A stretch of 39,056 nucleotides of DNA from Eubacteriales bacterium (GCA_045589215.1 JAZNOQ010000160.1:1-39056); one strand, 5' to 3'. Positions 8,618-17,269 are shown, counted from the stretch's first letter. Numbers and translations: made by a program. Notes: generated from the sequence alone by a model not told the origin.

Positions 8618-9977
8618 GGTCTGGGGCAGCATCATCCTTTTTTCGGTTCTGCTCGCAAGCCTTCTTGCAGGTAACATACTCAGAAAAACGATCCCCTTTC
8701 TCAAAAAATCGCTTATCCCCACATCGGTGATCGGAGGCGTTCTCCTGCTCATTGTCGCAGGTGTTTATAAGGCGATCACGGGTGACGTATTCTTCGAAAC
8801 GGCGGCATTTGGCGGCAACGGAACGACAAACCTTGAGATCCTGACCTATCACACCCTCGCGCTCGGGTTCATCGCATCGACGTTCAAGACCTCCGAGGGC
8901 AAGCTGACGAAAAAGCGCACATCCGAGATCTTCAACACGGGCGTCACAACGGTCTCGACCTACCTGCTTCAGGCGATCTTCGGGCTCGTGATCACGATGA
9001 TCGCGGCACTCGTCGTGAAGGATTTCTTCTCGGCGGCGGGTATGCTTCTTCCCTTCGGCTACGGTCAGGGCACGGGGCAGGCGATGAACTACGGCAATAT
9101 TTACGAGACCGAGCACGGCTTCATCGGCGGCAAGAGCTTCGGACTTACGATTGCGGCTCTCGGCTTCCTATCGGCAAGCCTCGGCGGTGTACTGCATATG
9201 AATATTATGAAACGCCGAAACAAGCTGAAGCTGGCAAAAGCCTACGGCAAGTCCCTCAGAACCGAGGACATTGAAGCGCAGAACGAGATCCCGATGCAGG
9301 AAAGCATCGACAAGATGACGATCCAGATCGCCCTGATCGCGTTCGCCTATCTGCTCTCGTACCTTTTGATGTACGCACTCGGACGCCTCTTGCCCGGAAT
9401 GCGCGCCGTGATCTACGGCTTCAACTTCCTCCTCGGCGTTCTCTCGGCGACGCTCGTCAAGGCAGTATTGAATTTCCTGCGAAGAAAATCGGTCATCAAG
9501 AAGGAATACACAAATAATTTCCTGCTCACGAGAGCAAGTAATTTCTTCTTCGATATTATGGTCGTTGCGGGCATTGCGGCGATCCGCCTCGATTATCTCG
9601 AGCGCTACTGGGGCATCATGCTGATCCTCGGCGTTGTCGGTATGATCATTACCTATGTCTACAACCGCATCGTTGCGAAAACGCTCTTCCCCGAATACGC
9701 AGAGGAGCAGTTCCTCATGATGTACGGCATGCTGACGGGAACGGCGAGCACGGGCATCATCCTGCTGCGCGAGGTCGATGGCGACTTCAAGACGCCCGCG
9801 TCGGACAACATGGTATATCAGAACTTTCCCGCGATCGTGTTCGGCTTCCCCTTAATGTTTCTCGCAACCCTTGCGCCGACGAAGCCTGTCTTAACGCTCA
9901 TCGCCGTTACGGTATTCTTCATCGTTATGAATATCATTCTGTTCAGAAGCTTTATCTTTAAAAGGCGGAAGAAATAA
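8595..9977 (+). CDS. polytopic membrane transporter, GltS-like (sodium/glutamate symporter family)
   Basis: About 10-12 hydrophobic segments are present. The N-terminus and the GYGQGTGQA loop resemble the GltS GGHGTGAA region. This family assignment is from memory only. Confidence 0.5.
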   Translation: MENFWDFKVWGSIILFSVLLASLLAGNILRKTIPFLKKSLIPTSVIGGVLLLIVAGVYKAITGDVFFETAAFGGNGTTNLEILTYHTLALGFIASTFKTSEGKLTKKRTSEIFNTGVTTVSTYLLQAIFGLVITMIAALVVKDFFSAAGMLLPFGYGQGTGQAMNYGNIYETEHGFIGGKSFGLTIAALGFLSASLGGVLHMNIMKRRNKLKLAKAYGKSLRTEDIEAQNEIPMQESIDKMTIQIALIAFAYLLSYLLMYALGRLLPGMRAVIYGFNFLLGVLSATLVKAVLNFLRRKSVIKKEYTNNFLLTRASNFFFDIMVVAGIAAIRLDYLERYWGIMLILGVVGMIITYVYNRIVAKTLFPEYAEEQFLMMYGMLTGTASTGIILLREVDGDFKTPASDNMVYQNFPAIVFGFPLMFLATLAPTKPVLTLIAVTVFFIVMNIILFRSFIFKRRKK

Positions 9978-10069
9978 CCCAAAAAGAAAAGGGGCTGCGT
10001 CAAAAGCGTGATGCTCTTATCGGAGAAATCACATAGCGTAAATTTGCTCCGCAGTAAACAAATAATTAA

Positions 10070-10106
10070 CGCCGACAGATTTTCAAAGTCTGTCGGCGTT
10101 TTATTT
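10070..10106. terminator. bidirectional intrinsic terminator between the transporter gene and the RAYT-like gene
   Basis: A perfect 10-bp stem, cgccgacaga/tctgtcggcg (10070-10079 / 10089-10098), is followed by ttttattt on the plus strand. The minus strand has a T-rich stretch after it as well. Confidence 0.75.
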
Positions 10107-10175
10107 ATTCGATAAATCTGTTTTATCGCCAGTTTCGCCTCTGTATTACAAACGCGCCTGACATAGCCCATACCC

Positions 10176-10712
10176 TTATTCTTCGGTGTATAATTCATCG
10201 TAGTACCATCGGAGGGGATTTTCGCAAATATACCGCAAATGCTCATCGTAATCTTGACGGTTACGGATAATATGGTCGTGAAAGCGAGCCTGCCAAATGT
10301 TTTCACAGTATTCCTTGTTGCAAAAACGCTTAAATGTCGATACAAACTGCGAACACGCGCTATTCGCTCTCTCAACGTTTGTAGGGACAGGCGTCCTCGA
10401 CTGTCCTTGATCGGTCGAATTTTTGGTTTCCTTCACCCAAAGCAAAAGGTGAATATGGTTGGGCATGATTACATACCCTTCAACCGACAAATGATTGTAG
10501 AAATCATTTAGTTGCCGGATGTATTTATCTGCAATTTTTCCATATTGGGTCAATTCTGTTTGCGGACAGTCGAGGACGCCTGTCCCTACAATGCGAGATA
10601 AAAGCGGTCGTCTGTTTTGCGTACAGATCGTTATAAAATATGCGCCGACACTACTGTAATCAAAGCTTTGATATCTTGGCGTTCTTCTATTTTTTAATTC
10701 CTCCATTTCCAT
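10176..10712 (-). CDS. HUH Y1 transposase-like protein (IS200/IS605 TnpA superfamily, REP-associated tyrosine transposase-like), solitary
   Basis: YFITICTQNRRPLL...YVIMPNHIHLLL contains the HUH motif (HIH). WQARFHDHIIRNRQDYDEHLRYICENP is the C-terminal Tyr helix. The start is moved to M29 of the track ORF because a promoter sits inside the longer ORF. One 60-nt line of this gene counted at 40% G+C. Confidence 0.8.
   Translation of the reverse strand: MEMEELKNRRTPRYQSFDYSSVGAYFITICTQNRRPLLSRIVGTGVLDCPQTELTQYGKIADKYIRQLNDFYNHLSVEGYVIMPNHIHLLLWVKETKNSTDQGQSRTPVPTNVERANSACSQFVSTFKRFCNKEYCENIWQARFHDHIIRNRQDYDEHLRYICENPLRWYYDELYTEE
10379..10406. repeat. arm A of a 28-bp perfect inverted repeat inside the RAYT-like ORF
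   Basis: ttgtagggacaggcgtcctcgactgtcc is the exact reverse complement of 10564-10591. The arm contains its own hairpin (ggacag-N10-ctgtcc) and encodes GQSRTPVPTN on the minus strand. Confidence 0.95.
10564..10591. repeat. arm B of a 28-bp perfect inverted repeat inside the RAYT-like ORF
   Basis: ggacagtcgaggacgcctgtccctacaa. It is read on the minus strand in a different frame from arm A, giving IVGTGVLDCP. Confidence 0.95.
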
Positions 10713-10722
10713 CACCCATTCT

Positions 10723-10751
10723 ATTATATCACAAATCGGCCGAGGAATCAA
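10723..10751 (-). promoter_or_regulatory. promoter of the RAYT-like gene (TTGATT-17-TGaTATAAT), giving a very short or absent leader
   Basis: The minus strand reads TTGATTcctcggccgatttgtgaTATAATagaatgggtgATG. The -10 ends 10 nt before the ATG at 10712. Confidence 0.5.
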
Positions 10752-10837
10752 TCCCTCTGCCGATATTTGTGCCCGCAAATTCTCCGTTAAGAACAACAGA
10801 GAAATGACTCAGCCTCTTTTTATTGCTCCGACGCCGT

Positions 10838-11767
10838 TTATACAAGTCGGATCTTCTTTTCAAATATTTCTCCGTCCACCGCAATATAGCTGTGCGTTCC
10901 GTTATATCCTGCACTGATCGTGTGTCCGTCAAAGCTTGCCTTTAGCTCGTGCTGCTGCTCGACCAAAGCCTCATACGTGTCATACACGTTGCCGTCGATG
11001 ATCAGCTCGTTTCTGCGCTTCACGCGTCTATAACAGACGTTATGACCAAACGCATTCGTTTCGAGCAAAACTCTGTGCTTCACAGACGTGTCGGCGGGAT
11101 AAAGGATAGCGGTGTCCACCTTCGTGTCGACGGGCGTGGACATCGGCTCCTCGGGAGAAACGTATTCCCCGCCCGAAAGCGGTGCGTCGGGATCAAGGGT
11201 CATTTCCGCATCCCAAAGCGGCACCTCCTCTTCGGGTAGCTTCAGCAGCTTGTAGTGCGCGTGAATACCCCGCGAAAGCCCCACGATAAACCACACGTGG
11301 AAGATCAGGTCAACGATCGCCTCCATGGAAAAGCTGAGAAGCAAAAACAGTAACGTATCAATGGCAAAGATAACCAAAGCGAAGATCATCCAGCCGATCT
11401 TATGCTTTTTCGATAAGAGCCAACTGATAAAATACAGCGCCGTACCAATGATCGCAAAAGCCAGCATGACCGCAAAGAAGGAGCTGTCTATCGGCTCGAG
11501 ACCTTCAAGTCCGTCCGTATAGTAGTCGTCCGGCATCATACCACACAGGATCTTGCCCATCGAGACAGCAAAATACGGAAGGAACGCCGAGAAAAGAAAA
11601 TAAGTATTGGAATCAAAAAGAAGTAACGCGAGATTGATCACCGTAAATATGAGCACGTATAGAATATCCGAACGGGCAGAGTGGTATCGGCGCTCGAGCA
11701 TAATACGCTCCGACGGTATCGGCTGTTGCGTTTCTGCTCCAACGCCGAATCTGTATCTGAACTTCAT
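10838..11767 (-). CDS. hypothetical integral membrane protein (about 4 TM segments plus a C-terminal soluble domain)
   Basis: AAAGGAG RBS is present. Hydrophobic segments include ILYVLIFTVINLALLLF and WMIFALVIFAIDTLLFLLL. I recognise no family. Confidence 0.6.
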   Translation of the reverse strand: MKFRYRFGVGAETQQPIPSERIMLERRYHSARSDILYVLIFTVINLALLLFDSNTYFLFSAFLPYFAVSMGKILCGMMPDDYYTDGLEGLEPIDSSFFAVMLAFAIIGTALYFISWLLSKKHKIGWMIFALVIFAIDTLLFLLLSFSMEAIVDLIFHVWFIVGLSRGIHAHYKLLKLPEEEVPLWDAEMTLDPDAPLSGGEYVSPEEPMSTPVDTKVDTAILYPADTSVKHRVLLETNAFGHNVCYRRVKRRNELIIDGNVYDTYEALVEQQHELKASFDGHTISAGYNGTHSYIAVDGEIFEKKIRLV

Positions 11768-11814
11768 AGCCGTCTCCTTTTAGGTGTCCGAATTTTTATA
11801 TAGAGGATTTTCCT

Positions 11815-12612
11815 TTACTTTTTCAGTTCAAGCGTGCGCTTGTACGCCGCCAATACGGCGTCCATCGCGGCATTCCGCATACCGCCCGCTTCAAGGGCGT
11901 GAACACCTGCGATCGTCGTCCCGCCGGGACTGCACACAGCGTCCTTCAGGTCACCCGGGTGTCCGTACTCGAGAAGCATTTTTGCCGCCCCGAGAAGGGT
12001 CTGCGCCGCGTATACCGCCGCCTTGTCGCGCGGAACACCGCACTCGACCGCTCCGTCTGCGAGCGCCTCGGCAAAGAGATATACGAACGCAGGGCCGCAG
12101 CCCGAGATCGCACTGCCCGCATCGATCATACCTTCGGGGATGCAGTCAAACCGTCCTGCCGCCGAAAAGGCGTTGAGGAAGGTCTCCACCGCATCCGCCG
12201 TAACACCGTCAGCGGTGTAAAGGATCATACCCTCGCCGACCATTACAGGTGTGTTCGGCATAATACGGATCACGGGAAGCCCTGCTCCAATGTACGAGCG
12301 GATCGCCGCGATCGAAAGTCCCGCCGCCATCGTGATAACGGTGACGCCTTTGCGCCCCGAAAGCTTGTCCGCAAATTCCGCGATGCCGCTCGCCATATAC
12401 TGTGGCTTGAGCCCAAGCACGACGAACGCGGCGTTCTCTGCGATGTCAAGCGCTGTGGTCGGCACGACGCCGCACTCCGATGCGAGCACCGAGGTTTTCG
12501 TTTCGTCTCGGTCGCAAACGGCGATCTCGGTGCCCGAAAGCGTTTTTGCCGCCGCACGCACGAGTGCGCCGCCCATATTGCCGCAACCGATAAATCCAAG
12601 CGTGTATTTCAT
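11815..12612 (-). CDS. proC: pyrroline-5-carboxylate reductase
   Basis: From the internal ATG at 12612 the protein reads MKYTLGFIGCGNMGGALV, a Rossmann GxGxxG. SPGGTTIAGV appears near the C-terminus. The track ORF extending to 12786 overlaps proA and is rejected. Confidence 0.9.
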   Translation of the reverse strand: MKYTLGFIGCGNMGGALVRAAAKTLSGTEIAVCDRDETKTSVLASECGVVPTTALDIAENAAFVVLGLKPQYMASGIAEFADKLSGRKGVTVITMAAGLSIAAIRSYIGAGLPVIRIMPNTPVMVGEGMILYTADGVTADAVETFLNAFSAAGRFDCIPEGMIDAGSAISGCGPAFVYLFAEALADGAVECGVPRDKAAVYAAQTLLGAAKMLLEYGHPGDLKDAVCSPGGTTIAGVHALEAGGMRNAAMDAVLAAYKRTLELKK

Positions 12613-12677
12613 AATTGTCTCCATATTTCTCGTGTTTTGCGTGGAATTCTTTTGATTCGCGTATCCTCTGACGATGC

Positions 12678-13937
12678 TTACCGCACCTGACCGTCGCCCG
12701 TAACGATATATTTGTACGAGCAGAGCTCCGTAAGCCCCATCGGACCGCGTGCGTGCAGCTTTTGCGTCGAAATGCCGATCTCGCATCCCTTGCCGAACTC
12801 ACCGCCGTCGGTGAATCGCGTCGAGGCGTTGACGTATACCGCCGCCGAATCAACGGCACGGGTGAAGGTATCGATCGCTACGTCGCAGTGCGATACGATG
12901 CAGTCACTGTGATGCGTCGAATGCGCTCCAATGTGCGCGACCGCCTCATTCACGTCCTTCACGACCTTCACGGCAAGAATATAATCAAGAAATTCGGTAT
13001 CAAAATCATTCTCTCCCGCAGGCACGCCGCCGATCACGGCAGACGCCCTTTCGTCACAACGGAATTCAACGGGGGGAAGTCCCTTCTCCGCGCGGTCATC
13101 TGCAAGACGCTGCTTCAGCATCGGCAGGAATTCATCCGCAACCTTTTCGTTTACAAGGCAGACCTCTGCGGCGTTACAAACCGACGGACGGCTCGTTTTC
13201 GCATTTTCGACGATGGCGAGCGCCTTGTCAAGATCGGCGGTCTCGTCGACGTAAATGTGACAGATACCCGTTCCCGTCTGAATGCAGGGCACGCGCGCGT
13301 TTTCAATGCAGGCACGAATCAAGCCCGCACCGCCGCGCGGAATGAGCGCGTCGATATATCCAACCGCAGTCATAAGATCGGTCGCACTTTGCCGCGACAC
13401 GTCCTCGATCATATTGATGAAATCCTCGCAAAGCCCGCATTCGCGGAGTGTCTCGCGAAGCACCGAGACGATCTCGTAAGACGTTCGGAAGGCTTCCTTT
13501 CCACCGCGCAAAACGCAGACGTTTCCGCTCTTGAAGCAAAGCACGCCCGCATCCGACGTTACGTTCGGACGGCTCTCGTAGATGATACCGATCACACCGA
13601 GCGGAACGCGCACCTTACGAATGCTGAGTCCATTCGGAAGAGCACTCGATTCGAGCACGCCGCCGAGGGGATCCTCAAGGGCTGCGACCGAGCGAATACC
13701 GTTTGCCATTCCCTGAATGCGCTTTTCGTCAAGGCGCAATCGGTCGACCATCACGTCTCCGATCTTTTCGCGGGCGGCTTCGACGTCAAGAGCGTTCGCT
13801 TCGAGGATGCGCCTGGTGTTCTCTTCAAGTGCGTCCGCCATTCTCAGCAGTGCCGCGTCACGCTTGTCCGTATCAAGCAGCATCAGCTGAGGTGCCGCTT
13901 TTTTTGCTCTTTCGAGTATTTCCTGTGTCGTTTTCAT
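12678..13937 (-). CDS. proA: glutamate-5-semialdehyde dehydrogenase (gamma-glutamyl phosphate reductase)
   Basis: IYESRPNVT...VLRGGKEA...[11 protein letters not shown]...HSTHHSD...NASTRFTDG are canonical ProA blocks. Confidence 0.93.
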   Translation of the reverse strand: MKTTQEILERAKKAAPQLMLLDTDKRDAALLRMADALEENTRRILEANALDVEAAREKIGDVMVDRLRLDEKRIQGMANGIRSVAALEDPLGGVLESSALPNGLSIRKVRVPLGVIGIIYESRPNVTSDAGVLCFKSGNVCVLRGGKEAFRTSYEIVSVLRETLRECGLCEDFINMIEDVSRQSATDLMTAVGYIDALIPRGGAGLIRACIENARVPCIQTGTGICHIYVDETADLDKALAIVENAKTSRPSVCNAAEVCLVNEKVADEFLPMLKQRLADDRAEKGLPPVEFRCDERASAVIGGVPAGENDFDTEFLDYILAVKVVKDVNEAVAHIGAHSTHHSDCIVSHCDVAIDTFTRAVDSAAVYVNASTRFTDGGEFGKGCEIGISTQKLHARGPMGLTELCSYKYIVTGDGQVR

Positions 13938-13982
13938 ATCCTTTTCCTTTCGGGACCGTGTCCCCTATAAAGCGGCAGAGCC

Positions 13983-14750
13983 TTAGTCTTTGTAAAACCG
14001 CGTGTATCCCTTGCCCTTCCCCTCGATGATATCGTAAAGGAATTCGGGATCCTCGCCGTTTGCGATCACAAGATCGCACCCTTCACCGTTACAGATCTGC
14101 GCCGCACGGAGCTTCGTCCGCATACCGCCCGTTCCGAGTGCCGATCCCTCTCCGCCCGCAAGCGCGAGGATCTCATCGGTCACGCCGTGGACCTCTTCGA
14201 TGAGTCTGGCATTTTCGTCCTTCCTCGGATCTGCCGAATACAGTCCCTCAACGTCCGAAAGGATCACGAGAAGCTCGGCGCCGATGCTGACCGCAACAAG
14301 CGCAGACAGCGTATCGTTGTCACCGACCTTGATCTCCTCCGTGGCGATCGTGTCGTTTTCATTGATGATCGGAAGCACCCCGAGCTCAAGGAGACGCTTC
14401 ATCGTATTGCTGAAATTCTCATGACGCTCCTCAGAGGTAAAATCCGAGCCCGTAAGCAGGATCTGTGCTACCGTGTGGTTCTGTTCGGTGAATAGATCAT
14501 CGTAAACGTACATCAATTCACACTGTCCGACCGCTGCCGCCGCCTGTTTTGTCGGAATATCGGTCGGCTTCTCGAGGAGTCCGAGCTTACCGACGCCCAT
14601 ACCGATTGCGCCCGACGAAACGAGGATCACCTCGTGTCCCTCGTTTTTGAGATCGCTGATGACGCGGCAAAGCGCGGTCGTGCGGCGAATATTGAGCCGT
14701 CCCGTGGCGTGTGCCAGAGTCGACGTTCCTACCTTGATTACTACTCTCAT
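13983..14750 (-). CDS. proB: glutamate 5-kinase, short form without a PUA domain
   Basis: VIKVGTSTL...VSSGAI..G...NENDT...DNDTLSA...SDVEGLY...GTGGMRTKL are ProB amino-acid-kinase motifs. The 255-aa length implies there is no PUA domain. Confidence 0.9.
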   Translation of the reverse strand: MRVVIKVGTSTLAHATGRLNIRRTTALCRVISDLKNEGHEVILVSSGAIGMGVGKLGLLEKPTDIPTKQAAAAVGQCELMYVYDDLFTEQNHTVAQILLTGSDFTSEERHENFSNTMKRLLELGVLPIINENDTIATEEIKVGDNDTLSALVAVSIGAELLVILSDVEGLYSADPRKDENARLIEEVHGVTDEILALAGGEGSALGTGGMRTKLRAAQICNGEGCDLVIANGEDPEFLYDIIEGKGKGYTRFYKD

Positions 14751-14868
14751 AGATGTACTTCCTTTCGGCCGAGCCGAATATAACTCGATATTTATTTTAC
14801 AGTTTTATCGAAAATAACGGACTTGTCAAGCAAATCGGAAAAACTTTTCGATACATCGCATAGACTTC

Positions 14869-15933
14869 TCAATAATTCCGATAAGACTTTTCCGCAAGAT
14901 ATGCGTCGATCAGCTGCTGTATGCCGCGCATATCGGCCTCCGACTGAAAAATTGCGTCGAAATTCGTCGTTGCCTCTTTGTAGGTGTAATATTTGTATAT
15001 GAAATTCATAAAATTGAACTCGGTACTAATCCGTATGTCTCCGCAGAAGGAATAATCCTGCCCGACCGCGCTTTCGCCCGTTATCGCACAGTAGATCGAC
15101 AGCGTAGTAATGTAGCCCGTCAGCATATTGGGGTGATAACCGTCATCTGCGCTCTTACGGACGATAAAGCTGTTCTGGTCGTATGTCTGCTCAGCGCCCG
15201 GCACGGTAATGTCTCCGCGAATGAGCCCGTCCACAAGGCCGCCCCAATCGACGATGGTAACGCCCTTTTCCTCAAGCTCATCCAGCATAGAAAGCCACAG
15301 GTAATCATTTTCGTGCGCTCGTCTGGCAATGTGAAAAATAAATTTCACATTTTCGTTTGCCGCCTTAAAAACATCCATGACCTTTTGGCAATTTTCGAGG
15401 AATCCCTCTTCCGATTTGCTTCCGTACTGCATCACGACGTAATCAAAGGAGCGATCCGTGAGATAGCTGAGATGGTCCTTGCCCTTACAGCTGCTGTCCA
15501 CGCCGCATTTCACGAAAAGATCGGTAAAGCCGTGACTTCCGAAGGTCCAATTCGTAACCGAGACCTCAGCGCCGTTCGATCGGCAAAGCTGATAGAAATA
15601 GCCCCGGTCGTTGCTCCGCTCCTCCTGTGTAAGCACCTTTGTGCCTTTATCAAGAACAGCCTTTCCGTAATAGTTATGCGAATTTCCAATGAAAATGATC
15701 TTCTTTCCGTCAAGCGGGTGCACTGCTCCGGTGCCCTCCGTTTCGTCGTCTTCGGATTCATTCCCCGAGTCGTCTTCCTCTCCGTCCGTGGTGTCGTCTC
15801 CACCCGTGGTATCATCCTCGTCGGAGGGAATCATGCTTTCCTCGGCTTCACCGGCACCGGAAACATCGTCACATGCGCTAAAAGCGCAAAGACAGATGAT
15901 AAGAGCCAAGCATAACGCCAAAAGTTTTTTCAT
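14869..15933 (-). CDS. secreted lipoprotein with an acidic linker and an SGNH/DUF4886-like domain
   Basis: The lipobox is LCAFSAC within MKKLLALCLALIICLCAFSAC. A D/E/T/G-rich linker follows. IIFIGNSHNYYG and DGYHPN resemble SGNH-type hydrolase blocks. Confidence 0.6.
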   Translation of the reverse strand: MKKLLALCLALIICLCAFSACDDVSGAGEAEESMIPSDEDDTTGGDDTTDGEEDDSGNESEDDETEGTGAVHPLDGKKIIFIGNSHNYYGKAVLDKGTKVLTQEERSNDRGYFYQLCRSNGAEVSVTNWTFGSHGFTDLFVKCGVDSSCKGKDHLSYLTDRSFDYVVMQYGSKSEEGFLENCQKVMDVFKAANENVKFIFHIARRAHENDYLWLSMLDELEEKGVTIVDWGGLVDGLIRGDITVPGAEQTYDQNSFIVRKSADDGYHPNMLTGYITTLSIYCAITGESAVGQDYSFCGDIRISTEFNFMNFIYKYYTYKEATTNFDAIFQSEADMRGIQQLIDAYLAEKSYRNY

Positions 15934-16048
15934 CTTTCATCCTCGCTTTTACTTGTAGGACATCAAGCACTTCCGTTTCATTATACACCATTTTTGCGGG
16001 GTTGTCAATCTCTTTTCCGAAAATACGGTGATACACGATAATATGGTA

Positions 16049-16076
16049 GGGCTGTCTCACATATGTGAGACAGCCC
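16049..16076. terminator. perfect 28-nt palindrome downstream of the DUF4830 gene; probable terminator lacking a clear U-tract
   Basis: gggctgtctcacatatgtgagacagccc forms a 12-bp stem. It lies 17 nt after the stop of the minus-strand gene. Confidence 0.45.
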
Positions 16077-16092
16077 CTTCGAATACCGCTGA

Positions 16093-16578
16093 TTATTTCC
16101 CCTCAAGCCCGCAAATGAAGCCGCTGACGTCCGCAGAGCAGATGTCGGCGCCGATCACGCGGTTACGGTAGAGCAAGAGGTTGACGTAGACCGTCCCCTC
16201 GTACCCCTCGTAGTTCGTGATCTCGTAGGTATAGCGCATTACGGTCTTCTTTTTGTACTTCGAAAGATCAAAGCCCTGCTCCTTCTGAAGCTCATTGTAT
16301 GCGGCGAACACCTTGTCAAAATCCGACGGGATCGTCACCTCAGCCTCTGCGACGACAGCGTCGGCGGTCTCCCACCCAAACTGCGCGAGGAAGCTCCTCC
16401 GATCGGCATCACTCTTGATCTTTGTGTAATTGTATGCCACCTCTCCCGCGACCGTTCCGTCCTCTGTGGTAGCGGCATAGGTCGGCACGAAGACGATCAG
16501 AAGCACGAGTGTGGTAAGTGCAAGCGCAACGACGGCAAAAAATTTCGCGGTGCTCGCCCGAAACGAATATACAAACAT
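16093..16578 (-). CDS. DUF4830-like membrane-anchored protein
   Basis: An N-terminal TM segment is followed by FLAQFGWE...IPSDFDKVFAAYNELQKEQGFDLSKYKKKTVMRYTYEITNY. I recognise this pattern as DUF4830, from memory. GGGAGG RBS is present. Confidence 0.6.
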   Translation of the reverse strand: MFVYSFRASTAKFFAVVALALTTLVLLIVFVPTYAATTEDGTVAGEVAYNYTKIKSDADRRSFLAQFGWETADAVVAEAEVTIPSDFDKVFAAYNELQKEQGFDLSKYKKKTVMRYTYEITNYEGYEGTVYVNLLLYRNRVIGADICSADVSGFICGLEGK

Positions 16579-16702
16579 AGTAAAAGCCTCCCGATTTCGT
16601 TTTGGTATATCGTATGCGCGGAAAGCTTTTCATATGCAGAAGGAGCGGGCTGAATTCGGCTGAAATCCCTGAGGAAAATCTCCCCTCCATAGCAATTCTT
16701 CC

Positions 16703-16731
16703 TTGACTTTTCTCCCCCGCTATGATATACT
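16703..16731 (+). promoter_or_regulatory. sigma-A promoter (TTGACT-17-TATACT)
   Basis: TTGACT at 16703-16708, a 17-nt spacer, and TATACT at 16726-16731. The element lies inside the 5' part of track ORF 16703..17269, which argues for the ATG at 16763. Confidence 0.6.
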
Positions 16732-16762
16732 ATATCCGTATATTACTGTTAGGAGATCGCTC

Positions 16763-17269
16763 ATGCTGTTCCGCTATACCGAAATCGAAAATAACGCGCC
16801 GAAAACGCTTCAGGATGCCGTTTCCGTGTCGAAGTGTCCCACGCTTCGCATTTGTCTATATCCGACCGCCACGCTCCTGCTTGTCGCGGCAGGCGTTCTG
16901 ATGCTGCTTTTACAGCCGATCAAGCAGTACCTCGTTTCCTCGATGATATTCTTCATCGTCGCGCTCGTTCCCGTTCTCTTTCTCTTCGATGCACTTTTCT
17001 TCCGTATGATGATCGGAAAGGGCGCGGTCGTTCTCCGAAAGCTCGCTTCAAAAGAGACGGTCTACGCCTATACGGACGTTTCGTGGAAATTTCAAAATCC
17101 GAAGGGCTCGCGCAGTGCGATCCTCGTTTATGCAAAAAACAAAACCGTCGCGCGGATCCTTCCCGGCGCGAAGGGCTACGGTGCAGTTCTATCTCTTCGC
17201 CACAAGGGCGGACTTACGAAGGACGAAAAGGAGCTTCTTCGCAAAGTCTCCTCTTCGCCCATCCAATAA
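16763..17269 (+). CDS. small hypothetical membrane protein (2 TM), first gene of the DUF1538/PII operon
   Basis: AGGAGA lies 6 nt upstream of the ATG at 16763. Hydrophobic segments are LLLVAAGVLMLLL and MIFFIVALVPVLFLF. Confidence 0.55.
   Translation: MLFRYTEIENNAPKTLQDAVSVSKCPTLRICLYPTATLLLVAAGVLMLLLQPIKQYLVSSMIFFIVALVPVLFLFDALFFRMMIGKGAVVLRKLASKETVYAYTDVSWKFQNPKGSRSAILVYAKNKTVARILPGAKGYGAVLSLRHKGGLTKDEKELLRKVSSSPIQ

Noticed and set aside
12613-12786. N-terminal extension of the proC track ORF (323 aa)
   Set aside because: The extension overlaps the 3' end of proA. The Rossmann GxGxxG motif begins right after the internal ATG at 12612. Similar over-extended starts were trimmed for murB (28367 to 28307), dusB (20299 to 20494), the RAYT-like gene (10796 to 10712), the small membrane protein (16703 to 16763) and ferredoxin (4824 to 4839).
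12753-13970. 405-aa plus-strand ORF, and 11899..12690 (263 aa)
   Set aside because: These are antisense shadows of proA and proC.
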